This document shows, piece by piece, positions 29,394 to 39,431 of a stretch of 64,000 nt of DNA. The stretch is taken from the NCBI GenBank assembly GCA_963718565.1, contig OY970364.1:384001-448000 (forward strand), in the 5' to 3' direction. Position numbers and translations under genes: made by a program. Under the pieces are notes generated by a model that ran no database searches, was not told where the DNA came from, and was given only the letters and a program-made list of their open reading frames with translations. Numbering within the stretch: the stretch's first letter is position 1; every line of letters starts with the position of its first letter. Origin of the DNA: an uncultured Verrucomicrobiae bacterium. Its GTDB lineage: Bacteria; Chlamydiota; Chlamydiia; Chlamydiales; Rhabdochlamydiaceae.

Positions 29394-30974
29394 ATGAAAA
29401 TTTCTTTTGAAAACCCCACACTTCCTCTTAATCACACTGCCGCAGCGCTTATGGCAACTGCGGTGGTTGAGCTTTTTCCTAAAACGCTTCTTGTCGATGG
29501 GCGAGGAACTTCTAAATATTTTTACTATGATTTTATTTTTCCCTTTGAGTTCACATCAGAGTTTTTGCCTCTCATCGAAGAGCGGATGCGTGTGATGATC
29601 AGGGAGAAAAGAACTGTCCGTCTTACGGAAATGATGCCGTCCAATGCTGCTATGCTCATGAAGCACCTCCATCAAGAAATTGTTGCGGATAGGCTGATGC
29701 AAGTCCAGCAAGCGACCGTCCACATCGTTCACATCAGTGGCTTTTCTGTTTTTTCCCCTGAGCCAACTCTAGAAGAGCTCTCTATTCCTTTTTTTAAAAT
29801 TCTCGAAGGGTTTTCCTGTGAAGCCTCTCAAAGAAAAGCGTTCCGAATTGTCGGTGCGGCTTCCTTGGATAAGGAACGGTTGAAAGAGATCGCTAAGCTG
29901 CCGCCTGTTTCCTTGCAATGCCATTGGAAATTGAGTTCAGAAATGGCCCTGTGCGAACCGATGGAAGAAACGGGGATGTGGTATTGGCGGCCAAATGGAG
30001 ACAAGCTCCGGCAAATCCTGATCAAGTTCTGGCAAGAAGAGCTGATGAAGCAAAAATTTGAGTTAATTTCCTCGCCAACCCCGTTTATCGAAGATGGAGG
30101 GGAGAAAAGCCTTCGTCACAGTCATCGCGAATATTTTTTTCGATTTGGCATCCTTAAGATTGCTGAAATGGCATGGATTTTGAATGAAGATTTTCGTGAT
30201 CCAAGCCTTGGCCTCTTCTCGCCAAAAGCCTTTTTTGGCGACCGTGCCCATCTCTTTTGTTCTACGGAGAAACTTTTAGAAGAATGTATTTCGTCCTTGC
30301 GTTTCATCCTTAAAATCCCTAAAATTCTGGGTTTTGAGTTCGAAATTGTCTTATCAGTTTCGAGCGTTAGTGCTCAAAAGGTGAAGGCAAAAGGAGTGGC
30401 TATTTTCCAGCAAGCGCTGGAAGAAGCCGGCCTTGACTATACTCTTGAAAAAGAGTATCGAGCAGGCACTGTAGCGAGCATTAATATTTGTTTTGCTGAT
30501 TCCTTGGGAAGAAAATGGGCGGGGCCTTTTTTGAGGTTGTCAGATGCCGCAATGCCCCTGGGAAAAGGCACAATGCTGACTGTTTCAGCATTTGGATCCT
30601 TAGAGAGGATCTGTGCATTGTTATTGGAGAACAAATGTGGATGGATTCCACTTTGGTTAGCACCGCAACAAGTACGGATCTTAGTTGCAACGCGTAAAGT
30701 AGACCGTTACGCAAAAGAAGTTCACGAGGCTTTGAGCGCTCAAGGCATTCGAGCAACACTGGAGAGCTGCGCAGAAAAGTTAAAAGCGCGCCTCTACCGT
30801 GCCATGCTTGAAAAAGTGCCTTATGTCCTTTTGCTCGGCGAGCGAGAGGAAAAAGCAGGGACGCTCACGGTGCGTGCTTATGGAGAGAATGAAGAGCAGG
30901 TTTTGTCCTTGGACGAATTCTGCGTGAGACTGAAAAGGGAAATTGAGAGTGGAATCTCTGAATTTAAGAATTAA
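29394..30974 (+). CDS. degenerate threonyl-tRNA synthetase-like protein
   Basis: ThrRS domain order (FYYDF editing domain, GSLER, WLAPQQV...VPY anticodon domain) but catalytic motifs eroded; start moved to ATG 29394 because 29352 lies inside the tRNA. Confidence 0.85.
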   Translation: MKISFENPTLPLNHTAAALMATAVVELFPKTLLVDGRGTSKYFYYDFIFPFEFTSEFLPLIEERMRVMIREKRTVRLTEMMPSNAAMLMKHLHQEIVADRLMQVQQATVHIVHISGFSVFSPEPTLEELSIPFFKILEGFSCEASQRKAFRIVGAASLDKERLKEIAKLPPVSLQCHWKLSSEMALCEPMEETGMWYWRPNGDKLRQILIKFWQEELMKQKFELISSPTPFIEDGGEKSLRHSHREYFFRFGILKIAEMAWILNEDFRDPSLGLFSPKAFFGDRAHLFCSTEKLLEECISSLRFILKIPKILGFEFEIVLSVSSVSAQKVKAKGVAIFQQALEEAGLDYTLEKEYRAGTVASINICFADSLGRKWAGPFLRLSDAAMPLGKGTMLTVSAFGSLERICALLLENKCGWIPLWLAPQQVRILVATRKVDRYAKEVHEALSAQGIRATLESCAEKLKARLYRAMLEKVPYVLLLGEREEKAGTLTVRAYGENEEQVLSLDEFCVRLKREIESGISEFKN

Positions 30975-31491
30975 TCGAGAAATCCGAGCTCCGAAAGTTC
31001 GCGTCATCGATAAAGATGGCGGCCAGGTCGGAGTGTTGACTTTAGCAGAAGCATTGGCCAAAGCAGAAGCAGCTGGTCTTGACCTGGTTGAGATTGCGCC
31101 ATCCGCGGATCCTCCTGTGTGCAAGATTATTGATTTCGGCAAATACCGTTATCAGTTAACAAAAAAAGAAAAAGAACAGAAGAAAACACAGCATCAAGTC
31201 AAAGTCAAAGAGATCAAAATCAAGCCGAATACGGATGAACATGATCTAGAGACGAAGATAAAGCATGCGAGAGAATTTATTGCCAAGGGAAACAAAGTCA
31301 GGTTGACTTGTGTTTTTCGCGGAAGGGAAATGCTCCATCCAGAATTTGGACAACGCCTCGTTCAACGCATATGCGATCACCTGTCTGATGTTGCTTCCCC
31401 AGAGGCGCCGCCAAAAATGTTCGGTCGCAATTTGTCGATTGTGTTAGCGCCTGGAGCAAAGAAAAAAACAGCAAATAGTGAAAGGATTTAA
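30943..31491 (+). CDS. infC: translation initiation factor IF-3
   Basis: INREIRAPKVRVI, LDLVEI, PPVCKIIDFGKY and FRGRE motifs; non-ATG start. Confidence 0.96.
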   Translation: MRVESLNLRINREIRAPKVRVIDKDGGQVGVLTLAEALAKAEAAGLDLVEIAPSADPPVCKIIDFGKYRYQLTKKEKEQKKTQHQVKVKEIKIKPNTDEHDLETKIKHAREFIAKGNKVRLTCVFRGREMLHPEFGQRLVQRICDHLSDVASPEAPPKMFGRNLSIVLAPGAKKKTANSERI

Positions 31492-31524
31492 GAAGTAGCT
31501 ATTGAAATTTACGGAGAAACTGTC

Positions 31525-31722
31525 GTGCCAAAAATGAAATCAAATAAAGCAGTGGCTGCGAGATTCAAAGTAACTGGGTCTGGCAAATTAGTCCGTCGTC
31601 ATCCCGGCCGCCGCCATATTTTGACCAAAAAAGCTGCGAAGCGCAAACGCCGTCTCAGAAAAGATGCTTTGGTCGATCAAGGACAAGTTAAAATGTATTC
31701 TCGTATGATGTTAGTAGGATAA
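31525..31722 (+). CDS. rpmI: 50S ribosomal protein L35
   Basis: MPKMKS...RFKVTGSGK...RHILTKK. Confidence 0.97.
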   Translation: MPKMKSNKAVAARFKVTGSGKLVRRHPGRRHILTKKAAKRKRRLRKDALVDQGQVKMYSRMMLVG

Positions 31723-31785
31723 TTAAAATTGAATGAAAAACGGAGCGCGGTATAGTATCGCCTCAGTAAAATTTGGAGAATTACA

Positions 31786-32142
31786 ATGGTAAGAGTCACC
31801 AACGCTGTGGCTGCCAATCGCAAACGCAAACGCCTTCTTAAACGAGCAAAAGGATTTGTCGGTGATCGAAAAAATCACCTGCGTTTGACATCAGATGCTG
31901 TGATGTCTGCTTTGGCATTTAATTATCGCCACCGCAAACAAAAGAAAAGAGATTTCAAACGCCTTTGGATCGTCCGCATTGGAGTCGGTGCAAAGATCAA
32001 CGGGATATCTTATAATAAACTCATCTCCGGTTTGAAGAAAACAGGTTGCGGGCTAAACCGCAAAATGTTGTCTGAGATGGCCTTAAGAGATCCAAGCAGT
32101 TTCGCAGCGATTGCCGGCACTGCTAAACAAGCCCTTGCTTAA
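31786..32142 (+). CDS. rplT: 50S ribosomal protein L20
   Basis: AKGF, RKQKKRDFKRLWIVRI and LNRKMLSEMA motifs. Confidence 0.97.
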   Translation: MVRVTNAVAANRKRKRLLKRAKGFVGDRKNHLRLTSDAVMSALAFNYRHRKQKKRDFKRLWIVRIGVGAKINGISYNKLISGLKKTGCGLNRKMLSEMALRDPSSFAAIAGTAKQALA

Positions 32143-32150
32143 GAAGTTCT

Positions 32151-32177
32151 ACCTGCACCTTAATCAAAGGTGCAGGT
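32151..32177 (+). terminator. hairpin between rplT and pheS
   Basis: ACCTGCACCTT-N5-AAGGTGCAGGT; weak U-tail. Confidence 0.5.
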
Positions 32178-32198
32178 CTCTCTACCCCAGGTCTTTTT

Positions 32199-33221
32199 GT
32201 GCAACAACAAGTATCGTCTCTTCGCAAGCAATTTCAAAGTGAACTTGGTCAAGTTCAGCACAGTAAGGAAGTGGAACAGCTCAAAGTCAAATACCTAGGT
32301 AAAAAAGGTCCCATTCAAGATCTGATGCAGCACTTGCGCAACGCGTCGCAAGAAATGCGCCCTCTCATCGGACAACAGATCAATGAGCTTAAAGAAGAAA
32401 TCTCGCAGCTATGCGAACAAGCCTTGCAAAGCTTTTCTCAGGTCGAGCTTGCTAGGCGTCTCAATGAAGAAAAGATCGATGTGACATTACCCGGACGACG
32501 ACGCTATCTCGGCAGAGAGCATCCCATCCATCAAGTTCTCAATGAAGTGATTCAGATCCTGATCGGCATGGGCTTTTCTGTCCAATATGGTCCCGATATT
32601 GATAGCGATTATTATAATTATGAGGGATTGAATTTTCCCTCCGATCACCCTGCTCGTGATATGCAGGACACTTTTTACATCACTAAAGACCTCCTGCTTC
32701 GCTCGCACACGTCCAATACGCAGCTGCGCGTGATGGAGAACCACAATCCGCCCATCCGCATTATCGCTCCCGGCACTGTTTACCGTAACGAGACAATCAG
32801 CAGCCGCTCCCACGTCTTCTTTCATCAAGTCGAAGGATTGTACATTGATAAGAATGTTTCCTTTGCCGATCTGTTTGCCACGATGGATGAATTCTTGAGC
32901 AAATTATTCCATACCAAAGTGACAACCCGTTTTCGCCCTAGCTACTTTCCTTTTGTCGAGCCTGGCCTTGAGGTCGATGTTGCCTGCACATCTTGCAACG
33001 GTAAAGGCTGCCGTCTCTGTAAGCAATCCGGATGGTTAGAAATTTGCGGCGCCGGGATGGTTCATCCCGAAGTCCTGAAAAATGGCGGGATCAACCCCGA
33101 AGAGTATAGCGGATATGCATGGGGCATGGGTATTGAGCGCATGGCAATGCTGCGCTATGGGATCAAAGATATCCGCATGTTTACAGAAAACGATCTCCGT
33201 TTTCTCGAACAGTTCGCTTGA
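32199..33221 (+). CDS. pheS: phenylalanine--tRNA ligase alpha subunit
   Basis: HPARDMQDTF, FHQVEG, RFRPSYFPFVEP and GMGIER motifs. Confidence 0.97.
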   Translation: MQQQVSSLRKQFQSELGQVQHSKEVEQLKVKYLGKKGPIQDLMQHLRNASQEMRPLIGQQINELKEEISQLCEQALQSFSQVELARRLNEEKIDVTLPGRRRYLGREHPIHQVLNEVIQILIGMGFSVQYGPDIDSDYYNYEGLNFPSDHPARDMQDTFYITKDLLLRSHTSNTQLRVMENHNPPIRIIAPGTVYRNETISSRSHVFFHQVEGLYIDKNVSFADLFATMDEFLSKLFHTKVTTRFRPSYFPFVEPGLEVDVACTSCNGKGCRLCKQSGWLEICGAGMVHPEVLKNGGINPEEYSGYAWGMGIERMAMLRYGIKDIRMFTENDLRFLEQFA

Positions 33222-33261
33222 AATTTATCTCAAGCCTGATATAATTTTTTCTTCTTTGATT

Positions 33262-33346
33262 GGAAGAGTGGCAGAGTGGCCGATTGCGTCTGTCTTGAAA
33301 ACAGAAGTCGGGAAACCGACCGTGGGTTCGAATCCTACCTCTTCCG
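33262..33346 (+). tRNA. tRNA-Ser(TGA)
   Basis: Anticodon arm TCTGT-CTTGAAA-ACAGA; long variable arm GTCGGGAAACCGAC; GGTTCGAATCC. Confidence 0.95.
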
Positions 33347-33379
33347 ACCTTTTTAACCTGAGTTTTTGGCTTGTTTTAT

Positions 33380-33398
33380 GAGGGAATTGCATTCCCTC
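33380..33398. mobile_element. 19-bp collapsed family A element
   Basis: GAGGGAATTGCATTCCCTC flanked by TTAT/TTAT. Confidence 0.75.
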
Positions 33399-33407
33399 TT
33401 ATAACAG

Positions 33408-35561
33408 TCATTTATTAAAAGGCGAAAGAATTTCCTCGTATGCTCGGAAATAAAGATCCGCCTGCAAGGAGGTGGTTTTATCCATATCTCCAAGAATTAA
33501 ATCATAATTGTTATCACCATTATCCAATAACAGTTGATTATATCGTTGATTGACAAGCTCTCTGATATTCGAACTATATTTTACATTCTCTTGATGAAGC
33601 AGATCAAAAAAATGTGATGTAGAAATAGTCAATTCAATCGAATCATAGATGTGATATGGGGAAATTGCCTTTTTATAAGATTGATAATAGAGGTCTGGTC
33701 TTACTATGCTCGTATCTTGATCTAGACCCAAGAGTTCTAAATTTTCCCCTCCAGGAATGCAATGGTCCGTCAACCCGTTCTGCCGGAGCAGGCGATTGTA
33801 TTCATCATTCACCATCCCTCGAATATTTGCCTTGAATTTGATGTTTTTTTCATGGAGCGACCAAAAACAGTGCATTGTTGAAAAATCTTTTTCTAAGGTG
33901 TCCGAGCTTATTGATGGAGGAAGAATGAAATGAGCAATTGTTTCAGTGATTTTTCCGTTGATAATTTTGTAATTGTCGCCTTCCTGCCATATAGAATCAT
34001 TGATAAGAAATTTGTATTCCATATCTTCGAGTGGAAAAGGCGATCCATAAAGCCAAGTGGAATCATCATATCGAGTAAGTGGACACCCCTTCTCCCAACT
34101 CAATCCATTCCCACTCCCGCGAATAAAAAGTCGATGCCGAGGGGAGATTTTGTATGTGATGGCTATGGAGGTTGGCCGTGTGTTGATGGATGACCTATGC
34201 ACTATCAAGGGTATCCTATTTTTGTATAAACCTTCCGCTACGGAATATTTTCCAAGATTAAGACAGTTCTTTAAAAAACTGTGGGCTTCTTCTCCCTTTA
34301 TATTTTTGGCTACGAGATGTAAAAAAGCGTCATTTTTTCGAAAAGCATAACCTAGAGCAAGTCCGTCTTTCCAAGGAATAATTCCTTTTGAAAGTAAAAA
34401 ATCGCAAAAACATTGAGCCGTCTGTTCACAAGCATCAAAGCGACCCAAGGCTTGGGTGAGTGCTGATGGATCATATCCTTCTCCATCTTCTACAATAATC
34501 TGCTTCAACAATGAAATTTGGCTTTCTTTGCGCCAAGCATTAAAAATGCTTTTGGCTTCTCCCTTAGCTTTTCTTGTTCTTGTACTACTTGTTGAGTCTT
34601 CAATCATCATTGCAAATAGAGCACCCATAATACCCGCTTCAAAACTTGTCATAGCGCAGGAGCCTGAGCGTTGTCCAGGCAATTCTAAATCGAAAGAATA
34701 TCTGGTTGTGCTTTCTGGATAATATATTGCTACAAACGCAGAAAAAGAATGAAATGGAGATTCCGGTTTAATAAACCTAGTTCCAGGAATAATACTTCCC
34801 ATGCCCCGATTACCCACAATAATCCAGGGGGAATCCATCAAAACAATATTGATCCAATGCCTGTGATCAAAGACAGAAGTGTCGGAAAGAAAAAGACTGC
34901 CTTTATTTTTTTCATATTGGTCTGCCTTAGATTGTTCCGTATGACAGGATGTGCAAGACGATGTCTCAAGCAATGAAATCAGCCTTTGCGTTTTTTCTGA
35001 GTTCCAATTTTCACTCTTGTATTCGGCAAGGAACTGTTTCAAAGAATCGATCATCCATTTCACTAGATATTGATGATGAACAAAATGATCTAGTCCATCA
35101 CTAAAAGCATGGCCTTCTAAATTAAAACCGCCTAATTCGAATTGTAATGTTAAGCGTTTGTTTTTAATATAATTTTCAGTGAAGTTTCCATCAGAGTCCT
35201 TTAACAGGGATGCGATCTCATGATAATTGCATTCTTGTGCATAAATATAAGGAGTGCAATTCACGGTTTCAGTCAGATGAGAACGATTCATGCGTAATTT
35301 TGCAGAAGCCCCTTGCTGGAGTAGTCTTTTCACAGCCTCTACTTGATTTGTTCTTATTGCGATAAGTAAAGGATGACATTTATCTGAAATTAATCGTTCT
35401 TTCCATGGTTTGCTCACTAAACAACAATTTCCCCAATCGGCAATGTTTAGATAAGAAAAAATTTCCAAAATCGGTTTTTCTTGAGCTGTAACTTCATAAT
35501 TGAAGAACTGATCTATTAAATAATAAATGGGGTCTCGTAACTTTCCTAAATTAATTGACAC
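33408..35561 (-). CDS. multidomain candidate effector: F-box-like + ankyrin + Cys/His core + CBM20-like domain
   Basis: IFSYLNIADWGNCCLVSKPW; HPLLIAIRTNQVEAVKRLLQQGA; QRSGSC; LFIRGSGNGLSWEKG...MEYKFLINDSIWQEGDN. Confidence 0.8.
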   Translation of the reverse strand: MSINLGKLRDPIYYLIDQFFNYEVTAQEKPILEIFSYLNIADWGNCCLVSKPWKERLISDKCHPLLIAIRTNQVEAVKRLLQQGASAKLRMNRSHLTETVNCTPYIYAQECNYHEIASLLKDSDGNFTENYIKNKRLTLQFELGGFNLEGHAFSDGLDHFVHHQYLVKWMIDSLKQFLAEYKSENWNSEKTQRLISLLETSSCTSCHTEQSKADQYEKNKGSLFLSDTSVFDHRHWINIVLMDSPWIIVGNRGMGSIIPGTRFIKPESPFHSFSAFVAIYYPESTTRYSFDLELPGQRSGSCAMTSFEAGIMGALFAMMIEDSTSSTRTRKAKGEAKSIFNAWRKESQISLLKQIIVEDGEGYDPSALTQALGRFDACEQTAQCFCDFLLSKGIIPWKDGLALGYAFRKNDAFLHLVAKNIKGEEAHSFLKNCLNLGKYSVAEGLYKNRIPLIVHRSSINTRPTSIAITYKISPRHRLFIRGSGNGLSWEKGCPLTRYDDSTWLYGSPFPLEDMEYKFLINDSIWQEGDNYKIINGKITETIAHFILPPSISSDTLEKDFSTMHCFWSLHEKNIKFKANIRGMVNDEYNRLLRQNGLTDHCIPGGENLELLGLDQDTSIVRPDLYYQSYKKAISPYHIYDSIELTISTSHFFDLLHQENVKYSSNIRELVNQRYNQLLLDNGDNNYDLILGDMDKTTSLQADLYFRAYEEILSPFNK

Positions 35562-35721
35562 AATTATACCTGTTTTTTTTGATTATTTAAGTTTTAATAT
35601 AATTATAGTTAATTTTACTATAAACTTCAATTATTTAATGTATTTAAATGTAGGGGCAAAGTGGAAATGTCGTGTTGACAAAAAATTATTTTAAGATGGA
35701 TGGGATAGAGGATCTAAATTT

Positions 35722-35883
35722 GTACGTCCTCAAAAACCTATGGCAAGCACTGAATGTCATTTGGATCCATGCCAGGCTTTGCATTTATCGATCTCAATCA
35801 GGCATGGATCCAATCGATAAGTGGTAAGTCTGGCATGGATCAAAATGGTCTTCAACTTTTGCCATGAGTTTTTAAGGACGTAC
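35722..35883. mobile_element. MITE family B, 162 bp
   Basis: TIR GTACGTCCT(C/T)AAAAAC; 8-bp TSD CTAAATTT on both sides. Confidence 0.9.
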
Positions 35884-37062
35884 CTAAATTTGGAGGAAGA
35901 ATGAAATGAGGACTTCTTCCATCGATTTTTCCATCGATGATTTTGTGATTGTCGCCTTCATGGCCTATCTTATCATTGATGAAAAATTTGTATTCCATAT
36001 CTTCGAGTGGAACAGGCGATACATAGATCCAAATGGAATCATTGCATCGAGTGAGTGGGCTCCCATTTTCCCAATTCAAGCCATTTCCGCTTCCGCGAAT
36101 GAAAAGTCGATTCCCAGAGGGGATTTTGCATGTGATGCTTATGAAGGTTGACTGTGTGCTGGGGAAGGATATCCCATTTTTGTAGAAAATTTCCGTTATG
36201 TAATGCTTCTTAAAAATAGGACAGTGGTTCCAAAGAATGTGAACTTCCTTTTCCCCCTTTATATTTTTGGCCATGAGACGTAAAAAAGTATCATTTTTTT
36301 GAAGAACATACTTTAAAGCAGCTCCCTCTTTCCAAGGAGTAATTCCTTTTGAAACTAGAAAATCCCAAAAACGTTGAGCCGTTTGTTCACAAGCATCAAA
36401 ACGACCCAAGGCTTTGGTGAGTGCTGATGGATCATAGCCTTCTCCATCTTCTACAATAATCTGCTTCAACAATGAAATTTGGCTTTCTTTGTGCCAAGCA
36501 TTAAAAATGCTTTGAGCTTCCTCTTTAGCTTTTGTGACATTATTTATTGGGTCTTCAATCATCATTGCAAATAGGGCACCCATAATACCCGCTTCAAAAC
36601 TCACCATAGAGCAAGAGCCTGAGTATTGTTCAGGTAATTCCAAATCAAAACAATAGCCAGGTGCTTTTCTTTTTGCATAATTTTTTGCGAACTCAAAAAA
36701 AGAATAAAATGGAGATTCTGATTTAAAAAACCTGGCTCCAGGAACGACACTTCTCGTGTTCCGATTACCCACAATAATCCAGGAATTTATCAAAACAACA
36801 CTGACCCAATGCTTATGTTTAAAGACAGAAGTATCGGAAAGAAAAAGACTGCCTTTGTTTTTTTCATATTGGTCTGCATGAGATTGTTTCGTATGACAGG
36901 ATGTGCAAGAGGATGTCTCAAGCAATGAAATCAGCCTTTGCGTTTTTTCTGGGTTCCAATTTTCACTCTTGTATTCGGCAAGGAACTGTTTCAAAGAATC
37001 GATCATCCATTTCACTAGATATTGATGATGAACAAAATGATCTAGTCCATCACTAAAAGCAT

Positions 37063-38363
37063 CAGGGCCATTTAACTAAAAATTTTTGATACCAGATCAG
37101 CTAAGATGGCATAATAAATTCCTCAAATTTGGAGGACCTATTATGTCACGCCGTAAGCCAATCGACGCCACAATCCTAGAAGCTAGTAAGAATTTTGATG
37201 CCCGTGTATTCGCGGAAACCGTCAAGGGAGAGTTTGCAGATTTCCCTGATTATCGACGTAATCAAAAACGTGTCTTATATCCAGTTTGGTATTTGACTCT
37301 TGTTATTCTCTGCGGATTCTTTTGTGGATGCAATACGATTGAGGAAATCGCTGAATATGTTTCTCTGCAGGAGGAGTGGTTTTCTTCTCTGCTAGGTGAG
37401 GAGCTCTCAGCACCTTCCCATGGAGCGCTCTGGTGGTTTTTAGTGAAAACACCCCCTGGTGCGCTCAAGCACTACTTGCAAAAATGGTTCAGCAAAATTC
37501 CTGCTTCATTGCGCGATCAGCTATTGGCGATCGATGGTAAACGGATGAAAGGCGCAAATTTCCTAGGCGGTGTCACACACGTAGTGGAGCTATTCGCAGC
37601 GGAGGATCGATTATGTCTTGCCGTGGAAAAGGTCCCAAATAAAACAGTCGAAAAGAGCACGTTACCAATCATTTTGGAGCAAGTGAATGTAGAGGGGGCG
37701 ATTATTTCAGGAGATGCACATTTCACCGTAGCCGAATCGGCAGAACAAATCGTTGATGCGAAGGCAGATTATCTGCTGGCTGTTAAGGACAACCAGCCAA
37801 CGCTGTGCGCTGAAATGGAGAATTTTTTTGATCAAGCTCACGCAGTCGAATGGGAGGAAGTCCCCCATTCGTTTCACCAGGAAGTAGATAAAGGCCATGG
37901 TCGAATCGACATTCGAGAAGTACGAGTCGTCGAGGACCTGGACTGGTTGCCAAATGCGGGCAAATGGAAAAACTTAGTCTGTCTCATCGAAGTAAGGTCC
38001 ACGAGGCAAAAACTTGGATCTACTGCCAATGAGGTATTTAGACGGCTATATATTTCGAGTCGTCGAGCATCTGCCAAAGATTTTGCTAAATGGACCCGAC
38101 AGCACTGGAGCATAGAAAACAAATGCCATTGGGTAGCTGATGTGATTTTTGAAGAGGATTATGCATTGACGGATAGAGGGAATAGTGCGGAGAACATGGG
38201 GTTGTTTCGACGTTTGGCTATGAACATGGCTGCAGTTGTAGATCCAGAAAGGGGGCTCGCCTCCGTAAGGCGCGCAGCAACTTTCGGTGGTGGGTACTTA
38301 AAGGGAATTTTGGCAACATTTTTCTGTTCGAAAATGTCAAAACATTTTAGTTAAATGGCCCTG
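37063..38363 (+). mobile_element. ISAs1-family IS, complete
   Basis: TIR CAGGGCCATTTAACTAAAA; 10-bp TSD CTAAAAGCAT (37053-37062, 38364-38373). Confidence 0.95.
37143..38354 (+). CDS. ISAs1-family transposase
   Basis: AIDGK, AVKDNQ, GHGRIDIR and HWSIEN motifs; start could be 37086 or ATG 37143. Confidence 0.93.
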   Translation: MSRRKPIDATILEASKNFDARVFAETVKGEFADFPDYRRNQKRVLYPVWYLTLVILCGFFCGCNTIEEIAEYVSLQEEWFSSLLGEELSAPSHGALWWFLVKTPPGALKHYLQKWFSKIPASLRDQLLAIDGKRMKGANFLGGVTHVVELFAAEDRLCLAVEKVPNKTVEKSTLPIILEQVNVEGAIISGDAHFTVAESAEQIVDAKADYLLAVKDNQPTLCAEMENFFDQAHAVEWEEVPHSFHQEVDKGHGRIDIREVRVVEDLDWLPNAGKWKNLVCLIEVRSTRQKLGSTANEVFRRLYISSRRASAKDFAKWTRQHWSIENKCHWVADVIFEEDYALTDRGNSAENMGLFRRLAMNMAAVVDPERGLASVRRAATFGGGYLKGILATFFCSKMSKHFS

Positions 38364-38974
38364 CTAAAAGCATGGCCTTCTAAATTAAAACCGCCCAATT
38401 CGAATTGTAATGTTAAGCGTTTGTTTTTAATATAATTTTCAGTGAAATTCCCATCAGAATCCTTTAATAGGGATGCGATCTCATGATAATTGTATTCTTG
38501 TGCATAAATATAAGGAGTGCAATTCACGATTTCAGTCAGATGAGAACTGTTCATGCATAACTTTGCAGAAGCCCCTTTGTGGAGTAATGTTTTCACGGAG
38601 TCTGCTTGATTTGTTCTTATTGCGATAAGGAGAGGATGATATTTATCTGAAATTAACCGTTCTTTCCATGATTCGCTCACCAAACAACAATTTCCCCAAT
38701 CGGAAATGTTTAGATAAGAAAAAATTTTAAAAATCGATTTTTCTCGAACTGAAACTTGATAACTGGAGCACGAATCTACTAGGGAAAAGGGATCCTGTAA
38801 CTCTTTTAAATTGGTTGGCTTTTCTAAATTAATTGACATGGCTATTATATTTTCTTAGTATAATTAAAATCAATTCTACTATAAATTTAAATTATTTAAT
38901 ACTTGTTTTTTTGGAATTTGTATTATAATATAAAGCTCTGAATGTAAGGAACTTGAAAAAAAAGAAAATTTTTA

Positions 38975-38994
38975 GAGGGTTTTGCAATTCCCTC
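38975..38994. mobile_element. 20-bp collapsed family A element
   Basis: GAGGGTTTTGCAATTCCCTC flanked by TTTA/TTTA. Confidence 0.75.
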
Positions 38995-39009
38995 TTTAGT
39001 GTTTTATTT

Positions 39010-39411
39010 TCAACATCCCATGCCTGACATGAGGACTGTTGGAACTAATTGATCTATTTTTAATGTGTAGGTTTTATTCGGGACGACATCGACCCAATTG
39101 GTGTGTAGATCAGGATCGCCTTCACCATTAGACCAAACAAGCACACGAAAGTATAACGATTGCTTCATAAGCGGTGTCTAAGGCTGTAATGTCGATCTCG
39201 CCATTGCTTTGCATCGCATGTGAGTCCCCAGTCCAGACAAGGGCTCCTTTTTGGAAGACGGGAAGAAATAAAACTGAACCTATTTGCAACTCGGGCTGAT
39301 CGAGATTAGCGTTACGGTTTCCGGTGTTGCTGGAACTCTATATGTTTCGCTAATGAGAGGAGATGCAGGTAATGTTGCCGCAAGCAATGAAAGAGTTGCA
39401 AATTTTTTCAC
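39010..39411 (-). pseudogene. deleted acetamidase/formamidase-family remnant joined to another gene tail
   Basis: Manual translation gives ANLDQPELQIGSVLFLPVFQKGALVWTGDSHAMQSNGEIDITALD, out of frame with a signal-peptide-like start. Confidence 0.65.
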
Positions 39412-39431
39412 TTTTTATTCTCCTGTTTACA

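Larger units (their letters stand above)
35852..38839 (-). pseudogene. paralogue of the F-box/ankyrin/CBM20 gene, split by ISAs1 and 3'-altered by MITE B
   Basis: 38351-38839 matches the paralogue N-terminus up to EGHAFS; sequence resumes below 37062. Confidence 0.9.

Noticed and set aside
33380..38994. tRNA-Ser-integrated island or composite transposon
   Set aside because: No integrase or duplicated tRNA 3' end; each bounding scar has its own separate TSD
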